From: Selaginella moellendorffii
Lineage: Eukaryota > Plantae > Lycopodiophyta
Reading direction: 5' to 3'
DNA length: 64,000 bases
Assembly (NCBI RefSeq): GCF_000143415.4
Contig: NW_003314353.1
Span: forward strand, 123,483 to 187,482
Position 1 is the stretch's first letter, and each line of letters starts with the position of its first letter. The position numbers and the translations under genes are program-made. The notes under the pieces were generated by a model that saw only the letters and a program-made list of their open reading frames with translations, did no database searches and was not told the DNA's origin. This document shows, piece after piece, positions 1 through 14,000 of this stretch.

Positions 1-399
1 GATAATCTCCGATTAGCCGATGATTATTTTGTAAGTCACATATATGTGTATATGATTTAAATTGATTTCTTTTTATTTTTTACCACCCAAAATCTATATT
101 TCTTACCTAACTCTATGAGTGCATAGAATATAGAAATATACATATCCATTATCTGGATTGAAACTAATGTAATAGCTGTCAAAATTCCTTTACACTAATC
201 TTAGTGTATGGTTGTTAATATTAGTATCATAACCATACACTTGAACCTCACATCATCCTCTCATCTTGAAAGAATGGAAGGCAATCAAGGTTCTTTGATT
301 GACAGGCTAGGATTTGAAGGAACATCAAGAGGAAGCATCGGTGGATTTATAGGTGGTATCAATTGTTCTTGATCCCTTTGTACAAAACATTTTAGCCAT

Positions 400-1005
400 T
401 GCATATACACAATGTTTGGAGGATCAATTTGTTGAACGTCATACCAAACTTTATAAATTTATGGTTCAACTTGCCACAACACGTAATATAGTCCCTTTTA
501 TTGAATAAGGAGCCCTTTAAACAAACCATGTACCATAAAATTGAGAAAATAGATTAATACCAACTCATTGTACTCCATATGTGAACAATGATGAGAATTG
601 TAATGCCATTATTGTCCCACTTATATGTGGCCTAAGTGTTTAGCAAAATTTGCTCGGACAAGTGGAATAATGCTTGTCAAATACTAATCCCAAAACCTTG
701 CATCAATAGCTTATGGCAATTATAAAGGTAAACACAACTCTATTGGCAATATTGAATCATGACCATATAAAAATTTATATGGTGAAGCACTAATGAAACT
801 TTGTACCTCTGTGACATATACATACTAAAGAAACGGCAAATAACCATCTCAATCTAAATCTTGAAAGTTTGCATACTTCGCAATCATCTTTTTGAAGGTT
901 TGAATAAGCTATTCACCAAACCATCTTCTCATGACACTTGAAAAAAAATGTAAGAAAAAATCACCACTTTTTCATTGTTGATGTTACAAGAGTCACACCA
1001 CTTCC
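400..1005 (-). pseudogene. Degenerate Ty3/Gypsy integrase C-terminal region (oldest layer of the nest)
   Basis: Minus-strand translation near 740-925 gives LIQTFKKMIAKYANFQDLD*DGYLPFL*YVYVTEVQSFISASPYKFLYG, matching the Gypsy integrase pattern (TLKxML...DWD.YLP...SPF.LLYG), with stops. Confidence 0.65.
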
Positions 1006-1221
1006 AGATTCTAAGCCCGAACACTAATACATATTGTGGGGTGAAAGCCCAAAGTGTGTGTCTCCCAGGGGGGTGGGGGCTGTGGGGGGTTCCAAAAGAT
1101 TTGTGAATGATAAGCACTGGTGAAACTATAGTTTATCCCTAGCCAAGATGTTAAAATGTAAAATGCTTTAGCCATAAATGTTCTAGACAAGAATGTTGAA
1201 ATACCACTCAATTAAGAAAGA

Positions 1222-2628
1222 TGTGAGACACAAATCCCTAAGCCCCAAAGTGGAGCCGAAAGGGTGTCACGTAGTAGTGGCTTAAGCGAAAACCAAATGA
1301 GCGTAAGATTTAGACTAAAAGCTCCGACTTAAAAAGTTGAGAGTGGGAGTCAACAAAGGGCTCGAGGAATGAGCTCGAAGTGAGCAATAAGTGAGTCTCT
1401 AGAAAAGAGACACAAAAAGACCAATACATAACATGTGGAAGTGTCGAGATGGACCCGAGATGGAATCCGAGATGGACCCGAGATAGAGTCTGAGATGGAG
1501 TCCAAGATGGAATTTAACATGGACCCGACATGGAGTCTGAGATGGAGTCTAAGATGGACTTCGAGATGGACCCGATTGATTGATACCAAGACCAAGACTA
1601 AGACCAAGAACGAAAACGAGTCCGAGTTTAAGTTCGGGTTTGAGTTTGAGTTTGAGTCTAAATCCGAGTCCGAATACTAATATAGGCTATTGGGTGAAAG
1701 CCCAAAGCGATCATCCCCCAATGGGGGGGGGGGGGGGTGGCTTCCAAGGGTTCCCAAAATATAATAAGGAGAGTGTGGGGGTTGGACCCCAGTGGAGCTA
1801 ATTTGGCCAAGAAGGCTATACCCACGTGTTAAGTGATGATATATTTATTAAGGAGTCCAAAGCTAGAGTGAATATAGATAAATAAGTGGGTAGCTTGGTG
1901 AAGTGTTCAAAAGTCGGCTCTAGCTTCCTTGAGAAATCGAATGGTTAATGCTCCTAGTCCAATTATAAGTGGCACTACCTACTTTGATACCTAGCATGGC
2001 TTAATAGAACCTCTCTCTAGCCTTATGGCTAGAGTACCCAAAGGTGGAAGGTGGGGAGAGTACTTATGAGGCTTGTGTAGAGCCATGGTGTTTTGAAATG
2101 TTGTCCCAAAGTCCTGAACTGTGGAAAGGAAAAGGACAATGGGACTTAGGGGTTGGGCCTGTGGGCTTTGATCCAGTGGCAATGGTGGCAAACATGGCCA
2201 TGAACAAAAAGGGACTCAATAAGGACTGAAAAAGAGGTATTAGGGAAGGCTGTCCCCTATGTTTGCAGGCACCTTAAGGATGCTAAGAAGTGGATCTGGG
2301 ATGATAACTCATAGACAGATGGCTCAATCTTTGAGAAACAGGACTGTGATATAGATGATGTTGGATCACTGGTGTGACAAAGGTGAATGGGCATAGCCTT
2401 AGCGTAACAGGCTAATATGTTGGTGATACCTTTGGGTGTCAGTCATGAGATCGAACATGTGGAGCATTTAGACCAAGTGCAAAGGTTGAGTGGCATGGAT
2501 GCCATTCTTGGGGCTAACAAGCCCCAAGTCTAGAATATAACTTATATAGGTTGTGAATGAGATTATTTCAAGTGGTTGAATGTGTGATTAAGTGACTAAA
2601 GTAGAATGGAAAATTTAGTCGGTTAAAA
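1222..2628 (+). repeat. 5' LTR of element A (about 1.4 kb) with 12-bp minisatellite and G-tract
   Basis: Colinear with 7131-8078 + 14347-14556 + 23119-23444; followed by the tRNA-iMet PBS. Confidence 0.85.
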
Positions 2629-2630
2629 TT

Positions 2631-2642
2631 TGGTATCAGAGC
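2631..2642 (+). promoter_or_regulatory. Primer-binding site (tRNA-iMet) of element A
   Basis: TGGTATCAGAGC just after the LTR end. Confidence 0.9.
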
Positions 2643-2657
2643 TGTTCCTTTTATTGG

Positions 2658-3319
2658 TGTAGTGCACCCTATCTCTTTCCCCTTAAGCCTAGGCAATTGC
2701 TTGATGAAAGAGCCATTAGTGGCTATTTTATCCCCATTTATCTCCCAAGGTTCCAAGGATCCACAGTGACAGTATATTTAAATCTCATCCTATGATCACA
2801 TATGCTACACTCAACCCCCTTTAGAGATCTCAATATCTTTATTGACTATTGACTAACAACCCCTACTAAGCAAAGGGAAACTAACACCTTCATTTCTGCA
2901 CTAAATTTACCAATCCTTCCATTATATAGACAAGTTATTCCATGTGAGACAACTAGTTATCCACCTATACCGTAGTCCTACGGTGGATACCTTCGTTCAT
3001 AAATGCTCCATTAAGAGGAAGGACATACACATGGATGCCCAATACATACAATTTTAAATTTAGGGATAAGAATATACCTTACTCAAGGGTATATTATATT
3101 TTTAAGTAGTCACTAATCAATAGGAATCGAACCCGTGCTATTTGTTCTGATACCACATGTAACACACCCTATCTTTCTCCCCTTAAGCCAATTGAAAAAC
3201 GGGCAATTGCTTGATAAAAGAGCCCTTAGTGGCTATTTCATCCCCTTTTATCCCTCAAGGTTCCAAGGATCCATGATGATAGTATATTCAAATTTCATCC
3301 CATGATCACATACGCTACA
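2658..3319 (-). mobile_element. TRIM (terminal-repeat retrotransposon in miniature), 662 bp
   Basis: Direct repeats 2658-2809 and 3158-3319, both TG..CA; minus-strand PBS TGGTATCAGAAC (3144-3155); PPT AAAGGGGGTTGAG next to 2809; TSD ATTGG/AATGG (1 mismatch); about 350-bp non-coding interior. Confidence 0.88.
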
Positions 3320-6300
3320 AATGGTGCTTAAGTATATCACCACTTAGATTGGTATCAGAAGGTCTTAAGAGTGGGCCTATCCTTGAGGAGTAGCAGGTTG
3401 GGAGGACATGGCTCTCCACTACAGTTCATGTGTACACTTGTAGGTAAGGTGGTGAATAGAAAAGGGCCAATAAAGGAATGACTTTAGGATCTTAGAAACA
3501 ATATAAGGTTTTCCTTAGAAAGTTGAGGATGTGATCCAGATGAGCATTTGACTTAACAAATTGGTTAATGTAGTTGTAGTAAACAACTATAATTAGGATC
3601 ACATGAAAGATAAAGATTCCAAAACAATAAAGAAGTCACAAGATTATCCTCATATAGTTGAGGCTGGTGCTCATGAATTTGAGGCCAAAATGAATGACTG
3701 TGGGAGGTTAAATACATATAAGGACATAAGTCCTTAAAATCATAGCCAAGGCTACCTTTTATAAATGATGGAATAACCCAAGGAGTTAGGGGTGTATTTA
3801 GAAAATGAGTTGGTATTCTCATCATATGGACAAATAGTCCTAAAGGGCAAAAGTAACCTATATAGACCAAAGAATAATCAAGTGTCAGAGTAACACTTGC
3901 CAAGATGGTTCTTATGAGTAGGACATGAAGTTGTATTTCAGTGAGCTAGCACACAAAAAAGTAAAACCTCACGGATCGTCGAATTAGCAAAGTCTAAAAA
4001 ATTGGATAACTCAAGTGGAGTTAAGGAATGGTCCTAAAGAATTGGTATAAACATTTGGATTGAGGTGTGTTGTGCCCCACAAAGGATGGGGAGGATCATA
4101 AGATCCTAGTATAAGAACAGTGGGTATCTCATTGATGGTAAAATATGCCATACTAAAATTGTAGGAAAAGTGTTCTCGAAAGAAAAGAAAACAACTTTGG
4201 CACAAAGTTGTGTGTGAACACTATGGTGCAATGTTAACTAATAGTTGGCATGAGAAACAGCTGCTTTGGTCTTCACAAAGATCTAAACATAAGTGAAAAG
4301 TGTTGTAAGAGTAAACTTGTAAAGTCGATGGTGTGGAGACACCAAATGTAATAAGGTGTGATGCCTTGAGGTTAAGTTAGTGGGTTTATGAGAACCCCTT
4401 GCTAAAGGAATCTTAATGGAAATGGGAATGATATAGCCTAAGCTAGAAAGCATGCGATTAAAGTGTAGTGACCCAAATAATGATGGAAGTGTGAAAGCAC
4501 CACCAATGAGTTATAGAACTTGACAACTATGAGGAAACTAAGCAAAAGGTGCAAAATAATTGATTGGTTGATAAAAGTTAACTACCCAAGACTTCTTATT
4601 GGGACAAAGAGGTTAAATATACCCCTCTGAGGGATAAATTATTTAGGTTGAGATATAGTAAATTAATGTTGTAAAAAGAAATACTCATTGTCAAAGAAGG
4701 TTATCATTGGGACACCAAAATACTCTAAAACATCAGGGAGTGATATTTAGTATCATGAGGGTATTAAATAAGGCCCAAGGGACTAAATCCCTAAAAAATA
4801 ATGGATAGGAGGTGTTATCTAACATCCAAGGTTGTGGAGACGAGAGAAGTCCATCTATCCGAATTGGATAAAGCTAAAAAAGGACCAAATTGAAAAACCA
4901 CTCCCTAAGTTATTGAGTAGGCTCATCCCTAAGAAAACTTGCTAAGGCATGGTAGAAAGTGCAAAACTACCCTCCTAGACAAGATAAGAATACTTAAAAA
5001 GCAAGTAGTAAAGGGATAGAACTGAACTATAAGAACTGAAGGGCATAACCAAAAGTGGTTATGCAAATTGGGAGTGAAAAATCAAGTGGGTGCTCGAACA
5101 TGTTGTTATTAGCAACTATGATGCAATAGAGAGTCTAAAGTATAAAATTGTCCATATTAGATCATATAGCAAGTAAAAAACTTGTAAAAGGAGATGCTTT
5201 AGCAAGTTAAGGGATAAAATCCCTTCAAGGTTCTCAAAAACAATTCTAGGTAGATTAATATTTAGAAAGCCAAGTGTAAATGGTTCATAAGATGTGTGAA
5301 ATTAGAGTGGCACTGCAGAAGTGTGGTTTTGAAGCTTGCCATGAGGTGAGGCTATCAAGGTTGAAGAAGTAGTTTCTGAGTGTTCAAAGAGATGGCTTTG
5401 AATGAAAGTCAATGGTGAAGGATTTTCACGTTTATGCATGAAACCAAGATACACTAATCGAGTGACTTGCTAAGTGAGATTGGCAAGTCAAGGGGGATAA
5501 ATACCCTAGTTGAAAGTGGTGACTTAAAAAAAGGGTGGCTCATAAAGCCAAGTATGAAGGAATTTATGCATGATCACAGACTTGTGAAGTGAGGGGATTG
5601 GGTAATTCGGAGGAACTAAGTTCCTAAATTGTGATTTGTAGTGTGTTTTAAGTATAAATTTGTGCACCAGCATGATGAGTCATGCTAGGGATCCTAGGTG
5701 ATGCCACCTATAGATGCAATCATGGACTCTTAGTAAGGAAACTGGCTTGGGTACATCGCTAAGCAAGGGATGCCCTAGAGTTGTGATGCATAATTAGATT
5801 GCTTAGTGTGAAAGTTTGGCATATCTAACTTAAACACTTTGGTGCAAGTGGCACCAAAGACATGGTGAATGAGATAGGGACACTCAATCTTAGTTGCTAT
5901 AAACCCTTGGCCGGAAAGGTTTGCTTGGGCACACTGCCAAGTGTGGGGGATACCCTGAGGGTCATGATCAACAACTTAAAGGTCTAAAAGACCTAATACC
6001 TATTAGCAAACCTATTAAAGTTTAAAGATTAGATCACTAGGTGATTTTACAGCTAGGTCCTTGTGACGTTAAAGAATAAGATTTTTAATTCAAACTATTG
6101 ATTTAAACTATTAATAATTGTGTGGCTTGGTCAAGGTGACCAAGTGGGAAGGACAACTAAGGGAAATGAATTACAACAATACAATAGTATTGTGAATTCA
6201 AGAAAATAGTCTCCAAGGAAGGACTCATGAATGGGTCATAAAGCTAGGCTATGAATAGAGCCCAAAATAGAAAATATTTGGGAGACTTATTAGGGGTGAA

Positions 6301-7130
6301 CACCCCCTAGACTTGGCAAAGTAGAGATTTTGTTATGAAACCAAAAAAATACTTCAAAGATGGAGGTAGTGATTCTATGTTGCTTAGTGCAATAATCAAA
6401 GGATAGGAGCAGAAGACTAGTGGCCAAGTTTGGGCTATGGAAATCATTGGAAGAAATCCAAACAACAAAGTTGAGTAAAAAACACTTGTGTTGGATGTTA
6501 ATGGATCATGGGAAAGAAAATATATTTTCAAGGATGGATTCCTAAATGCTCCAATTTGGCAAAGGTGAAAGCTTTAAGGGAGGGAGCTGCAAAGTAGCCA
6601 AATGATAAGGCCTTGAATAGCCCTAGCAAAAATTATGGAAAAATGGAATTTAGTGCCTAGAGTGACATGAAATAGAAAAGAGGATGATGGTGCCTTCAAA
6701 TAAAGAACTTTTTAGGATGGGGAAGTGGAGTTTGCATAATACATATGATGTAAGGTGTTAAAAACACCTAGAAAATTGACTTTTAGAATTCAAAATTAAA
6801 AGTCCAAAGTGCAATAGTTATGCTGGTAAAGGCCGAGGCTACTCCTAAATGGGTAGTCAAATTGAAATAGAAAAAGCGTCTCTAACGAGTTTAGTATGAA
6901 CTAAATGAACAAAAGGGGAAGGACCACCATAAGTGGTCTAATGAGTCTCTAAGTTGGAGAGACTATATTCCTTAGAGGATGGATAAGGCATGGTGAGCCT
7001 TTAATGTCAAACTAATGACAAGTATTGACTGGGTGCCAAGGATAAAAAATGGTAATCCATAATGGAATTACTTTATAAAATGGTTTATCGTTCGATAAGG
7101 ATATCGAACTTCATCTATGGGTGGTGGAGT

Positions 7131-8078
7131 TATGAGACACAAATCCCTAAGCCCCAAAGTGGAGCCGAAAGGGTGTTACATAGTAGTGGCCGAAGCGAAA
7201 GCTAAATGAGTGTAACACATTTTGACTAAAAGCTCGGATTTGAAAAGTTAAGGGCGGGAGTGGAACTCCCAACAAAGGGCTCAAGGAATGAGCTCGAAGT
7301 GAGGAATAAGTGAGTTTCTAGAAAAGGGATACAAGAAGACCAACACATAACATGTGGAACTGTCAAGATGGACCTGAGATGGAATCCGAGATGGACCCAA
7401 GATGGAGTTTGAGATGAAGTCCAAGATGGACCCGAGATAGAGTTTGAGATGGACCTAAGATGGACTTAAAATGGAGTCCGAGATAGAGTCTGAGATGGAC
7501 TTGAAATGGAATCTAAGATGGACCCGAGATGGAGTCCAAGATGGAGTTGAGATGGACCCGAGATGGAGTCCAAAATGGAGTCCGAGATAGACCTGAGATA
7601 GAGTCTGAGATGGATCTGAGATGGAATTGAGACCGAGACTGAGACTGAGTTTGAGTTTGAGTCCAAGTCCGAGTTCGAGTCTGAATACTAATACAAGCTA
7701 TTGGGTAAAAGCCCAAAGCGATCATCTCCCAGGGGGGGTTATAGGGGGTTCTAAAAGTATAGTAAGGAGAGTGTGGGGGTTAGACCTTAGTGGAGCTAGT
7801 TTAACCAAGAAAGGCTAATGTAACCCAAGAAGGCTATGCCCACGTGTTGGGTGATGATATATCCACTGAGGAATCCAAAGCTAAAGTGAATACAGATAAA
7901 CGAGTAAGATAGATTGGTGAAGTGTTCAAGAGCTGGCTCTAGCTCCCTCGGGAGATCAAATAATCGATGCTCTTAGTCCAAGTATGGGTGGCATTACTTA
8001 CTTAAATACCTAGCATGGCTTAACAGAACTTTGCTTTAGCCCTATAGATAGAGCACCCGAAGTTGGAAGGTGGGGAGA
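7131..8078 (+). repeat. 3' LTR of element A, first segment (continues at 14347-14556 and 23119-23444)
   Basis: Matches 1222 to about 2060; the sequence resumes in register after each inserted element. Confidence 0.85.
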
Positions 8079-11000
8079 TGTAGCGCTACACTCACCCCCC
8101 CTTCAGAGATGTCAATGTCATCATTGACTATTGACTATCAACCCCTACTGAGCCAAAGAGAACCAGCACCTCTATTTCCGCACTGAATATACTAATCCTT
8201 CCATTGTATAGACTAGCTATTCCATGTGAGGCAACTAGTCATCCACCCGTATTACAGTCCCACAGTGGATACCTTCGTCCATGGATACTCCACACAAGAG
8301 GAAGGACATACGCATGGATGCCCAATACGTACGATTTCAAATTTTAGGGGTAGGAATATACCTTGCTCAAGGGTATATTATATTTTTAAGTAGCCACTAA
8401 TCAATGGGAATCGAACCCGTGCCATTTGCTCCGATACCAATTGTGTTAACGTTCAACGAACTAAGTGACAAGTTTGAGTTAGTTGTGTTTTAAACAAGAT
8501 TATTTAGTAGAGGTTGAGCTTTAGCTTTTCTTGAAAGGTGATTTAGTTGTGGATTATGTTAGCTTTACAAGACAAAGAGTTAGTGATCGATATTAGAATA
8601 TTTAAGTCTTTGCTAGATTTGAGTTGGGATATATCGATCATTGATGATTCTTCTTATGCTTGTTATGAAGTGAGTTATGTCTTCTATAGATGGATTCATG
8701 GAGGATCGTTTGATGATCACTTGTTAAGCATAACTTCGTTATGTTTAGCTTTTGGATTGATGCAAATATGTTATTCATTAGCTTTGCATTATGAAGTTTA
8801 ATTTATGGATGTGTTGAGGAGGATGTTATGGGTTATACCATGATTTTCTTCTTTAGCATTGAAGTTAGTTCATGCGAGACTCGTGATAATTGCTAAGCAC
8901 GACTTGGCTATAGGCTTCTTCGAACTTTTGATTCCTTGAGCTTTTATGCTTGTGGTCCATTTGTTAAAAGTTGTTGGGGAAGGCATTTTGGCTCATAGTT
9001 TCAATGTTGAATTTAGTATTTGCATCTAGCAATCATTGGTGATGATTAACTATCATCTAAGATAATTGATTATCCGTTTTGCTTGATTGTTGTTGATATC
9101 GAATGATTTGCCATTATTTGGGATGGTAGATTCTTTCTTCAACGATGATTATGCATCTTGTTATTGATGGGATGATTGATGATCTTTCATGATAGTTAGT
9201 TGTTTTCTTTGATGGCTTTTGGCTTTCCGCAATACCACATGTTCTTTGTGGTTTTCTTTGGATTGTCTCTTGGGTTTGAGACATCAATAGGATGTTGTCG
9301 ATGCTTGCTTGAGAAACTTTGGTTCCTTAGTATTATTGACCAAAATCTATTCAGATTGGCTTTTGTGATAGTTGGCATGAATGAATATTTGTTGGTCTTA
9401 CTGCATTCATTCTATTCTGTTGATTATTGCTCGAGCTAGTTCTGATAGATTAGGATATTATTTCCTTCAAGTGATATATTCGTGAGTATTTTGCTTGCCA
9501 GTCGATGATATTTCGTGTTCTTTGAGTTATCTTTCGTAAGTTGTTTGGTATTCTATCTGCAATCTTCGATAGTTAAGCTTTATCATTGAGTTTACTTGAT
9601 GATATACTTGCTATTGAATTTTGTTGGGTGGTGAATCCTATGTTTCCAAACATGATGATCTTGGTGGTTCCTATACTATAATATTAGTTTATCGGATGAT
9701 AACTTATTTTGAACATTAAGATTCTAATCTAAGTCTCTAAGATATCATTGTTTATGACTTTGATATTGTCCATCTATTGATCTTTAAGTTTGGGCCAGTA
9801 TAGGCAAACTGGCTTCGGCATTTTGTGTGCATGGTGAAATCTCTAGTCATGGGGTAGCTACTGTTGATTAGTCACATAACCCACCTCTTTGTCGATATTC
9901 CTTATTCATTTTTAAAGGGCGTGACCGTGTAAACAACTCTAATTGCCTGTTTATAGTAGTCTATCTAAACCTTACCGACGGGTTTAGTTTCTTTGCTCAG
10001 GAGGGTTGGGGTCTCTGGCTTCTCTCTCTATGTTCTTGCAGGCAAGGGCATATCACACTTTTGTAAGTTGGGTGACACCCAGAGCAGCAAGGGTGGCTGA
10101 CTCCATTGGTCATTTCTTTGTCAGCGACGGCCGGAAGGTGTCTGAGTGGGTAGCACATCCGCGTTAGACAAAGAGGTTGCCTTCTAACTCATTTAAGTTG
10201 GTGCATTTCTCACATAGTGTGAATACTATGAACTTTTTCTGGAGTTTTTTCCTTGGCGGTATTCTAGACTCGAGTATGCATCGACGAGGACGTCAATCTT
10301 CCTTAGGAGGGGGAGAGTGTCGCAAATGTGACTTCGAGTATTGAAAGTTACATGTTGGCCAGTCCTTACAGACACTCTTTTCTTATTGCTACGACGGCAG
10401 AAGGTCGGTATTGCTAGACCCTTTATCAGCCCTTCTTGTGCTAGTGGAGTTAGTGGAATCACCACATCCAAGACTCAATGAAATCCAGCACCACAGACTA
10501 AACGTAACCAAATGATATCGACAAAGGTATAATTGATATGCCAACATGGAAAACCCATGTAAGTCTAAGAACACGATCCTCTGCAACATCATTCAGTAAA
10601 GTAAACCCATCACTAATGAATCTTCATTGAGTGAAGCAAGTGCCAACAGTCCTCAATGAAGTCTACAAGCAATCACTAGTCACAAAGAAACCAATAATCA
10701 CTCTTCAACTTGCCTTCACAAGAACCAACACTAAACTCATGCCATTGAGTCACACACTTGTCCATCATGAACATAATACCTCAGGTATGAGATAAAGATT
10801 CATGGACAAGCACAAACTAAATAACCACTCAAATTTAACTCCATTGCAATAAGCTCACTAATGCGTTTAACCAACAGCTTTGAGCATGTCTTGAAGAGGC
10901 TAGCTATGCATGATCAACACTTAGTCAAAACTAAAGTGAAAACCATGTGATGGATTCATATTGGTACACAACCTTCTCATAGACAAAGCTATAGAACGGG

Positions 11001-14000
11001 TACCAACATCTTAACCTTAAGCAACTAAGTTGGACATCACCATCCTCAGCCAAGGTGCAAAACTACCAAGACTAAGTTAACATCAGTGAGTTCTCACTAC
11101 TCTCATAGAGTCTTAATGAAATGCAAAGTGCAATTTGCCACCGAGCATAACGCTACAGAAGAAAGGCATAAGGGTCACCTTTCTAGAAAAGTGCAATGGC
11201 CACTTTTCTACATCAACTCTAGACTCTATCCAACTTAATTGTCTTAGTTTCAAAGTCAACATCCCTTTCGGGTCACATCATACAAACTACCTACTAAGGT
11301 TTAAGTTAACCAAAGTCAACTCCAACCCTTTCACTAGTTTGTATTGGCTTACGAAAATGGAATGTTTTTCGGGCAAAGTGATCAACAATTCAGCCATTGG
11401 AAAAGTCTAAGAAAATTTGTGGAAAAATTTTCCATCCTAGAAAAAGAATCACTCCCAATCTAGGAATGCAAACTTTCAAGACTCACCCAACTTCCTCCTA
11501 CTAACAACTTCACATAGATTCACTTCAACACAAATTCTCAAGACCCATAGTATGCTTAAGCTTCGAATATCTTTTTGCCCATACTTGCCCATACATTCAA
11601 TACCGATATCCACAAAATGCAAAATGAACATCCAAGTCTTGATCACGAAGACCATATTTTTGGATATCCATATTGCACTAACACTTTTCTTCAACCACCT
11701 TCAAAATCCAATGTGAAGCCAAAACACTAACAAGAAAAATGACATGGAAAATCAAGCTCCATGGAAAATTCCTCATCACTCGAAATAACAATGCCACTTC
11801 CACTAACACAAGTGTTAGTGATGTCAATGCCTCAATTACACATCTTCTCTATCCAATAATCTACTCTAAGTGTTAATAGATAAACTGACAAGCTATAACA
11901 AATAAATGCTATAACCCTTTCCAACACTTTATGGGCAAACCCTCAAGGAAACAAGGAACCAACTTAAGCTTAGCATAATAAACAACCATCGAGAATTCAG
12001 TTAAAGCTACTACAATGCTACTATATGTAAGTAGACTAGCGTCACCATCAACCACTTTGGGATTGATCATCATTTAACCAAGCAACTTCGTAAACACATT
12101 GCTCATTATCACATAAGAAATCACAATGATTTGATCATTAATTGAGCAACACCACAAGCAATGCCCATGTCACTACTACAAAGGTTTACGTGAGTATCAA
12201 GTGTCAACTCGATTCAACAAAATGCAGCATAAATGCCACACCCCATTGATAGAGATTTACAACACCTAACACCACTAACTTTTGTTCACAACACAGACAA
12301 GCTCATGTCACTTTCTTTCCAACCAAACTCAAAACTAATCCAACACCAAGCTACTCAAGGAGCAATAGCAAAGTTCCCCGGAAAAGAATTGAGCATTGTA
12401 ACCTAAGTCTTCCAATAGCAAGCCTAGACAAAATGGTATAGCACTTCACTGCTATCCATCCCATGACTCACCATTTGTATGACTATCATTTCCAATGCAT
12501 CAAGGTAGGGACTCTTGATTGCATAATGTGAATACGAGTAGTGAGTTAACACTTCGTTGCAAATCATATCTCCAAGAAGAGAAAATGATTTACGTGTTTG
12601 ATCCTTCGTCCCTAACAACTTTCTTTTCGGTCTCATCTTTGACTAAACTTTAAGCTTGCGTTTTCACTACTTTCAGTCTAATCCAAGAAAAGTCTATGAG
12701 AGAGCACGGTAATGACTACCTGAACCAATAGACTAATCCCTATAGTCTTCGTTGATCCACTTGTAATCATGCCTAAGAAGGATCCACTAATAGCGTGCTA
12801 AACAGCTATGGACCAGCCTATTTGCCACTCATAGCAAACCCAGGGAAGGTTTATTTTCACCCATGGTACTTGGAACAATTCATGGAACCACCGATAGGCT
12901 AACATTAATCCTGCCAACTCAAAGTGTAATCTTGAGTTGCTAATGTGCTTTACTCACAAGCCCAAGCTCAAGCTCGTGCTAACCTGCCTCACTCACAAGC
13001 CCAAGCGCAAACTCGTGCTAACGGAGCATTTTAAATCCATCCTATGAGCCCAAGAGCAAGCTCACATCATAAGGTATAACAAGGTAACCAAATCCATACC
13101 CAAGGAACAATTGCGAAGCCTTTGCACCCAAACGTGTACCCACTCGGATCATCGTTTTCATCTCTGCATATACAATGAGACTAGTTGCCCAATCTCATTG
13201 GATAGTACTCGCTGAGACTCATCCTCTAATACTAAATGTAGCGCACGTGGTTTTACCCTTTATCCTATGGTGATTTACCATAGGATAATACCACGAAGCG
13301 GAACCTAAACCCTCTTTTTGCCACGTGACAGATGCCACGTGTCACATGCCATGTATCCAAAGGAACGTGGTGTGGAACCTGAGGTTCAAGGCCTTGGGCC
13401 ACTAAACGAAGGAACGATGCTAAACTCCTAAGCATGGAGCCAAAGAGCGACGGAACCGGACCACAGAGCAACTCCCAAGCATACAGCCCAAGGAGCAAAG
13501 GGACAGGAGCCCGGAGTGACTTTGGAACAGTCCTGGAGCAACCAGCATCCCAATGCTAGGACCAGCACACAAAACAGAGCCAAACGGAGTCTAGCGCTAT
13601 TTCGACATACCGGTGGCCTAACGCAAGGACATGGGTACTCCACCAGCTAGCATAGAATGGAACTTGGGCTTAGACTCAAGCCGAACACAAAACAAGGCCA
13701 AGCACACAAGCGGGAGCTACACTATGCCTCAGGTTAGTCAACCATACCCCCCCCCCCCCCCTCCCCCCTTGAGGAACATACGCTTTGGGCTTTCACCCCA
13801 AGCCTCCCTTAGTACCAGGAGTTAGTCTCTGGGACAAGCTTGAAACTTACTAAATATGGAATGGCGCTAGATTGCAAATTTGGACACGGGACGAACACCA
13901 TTGTGTTTAGGCCGATCTCTACATTCTGTAGATATGCCAAATGAGCAAATCTAGACACTTTCCCTAAATAGCATTTGGGACCGAAATGAGACTAACACAA

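Noticed and set aside
1446-1680. Regular short repeats resembling a CRISPR array
   Set aside because: Head-to-tail units with no unique spacers, inside plant LTRs, with no cas genes.
1685-1760. GAAA hairpin in LTRs as a hammerhead ribozyme (retrozyme)
   Set aside because: No CTGANGA core at a suitable position in any copy.
1435-1801. ORFs with SR/ES/LSL repeats here and at 7466-7818, 15329-15631 and 22570-23135
   Set aside because: By-products of the 12-bp and 6-bp LTR repeat arrays.
2658-3319. TRIM as a Cassandra element
   Set aside because: No 5S rRNA box A/C similarity seen in the LTRs.
3350-3359. Second TGGTATCAGA PBS-like motif in element A
   Set aside because: No LTR end next to it; cannot support a separate element.
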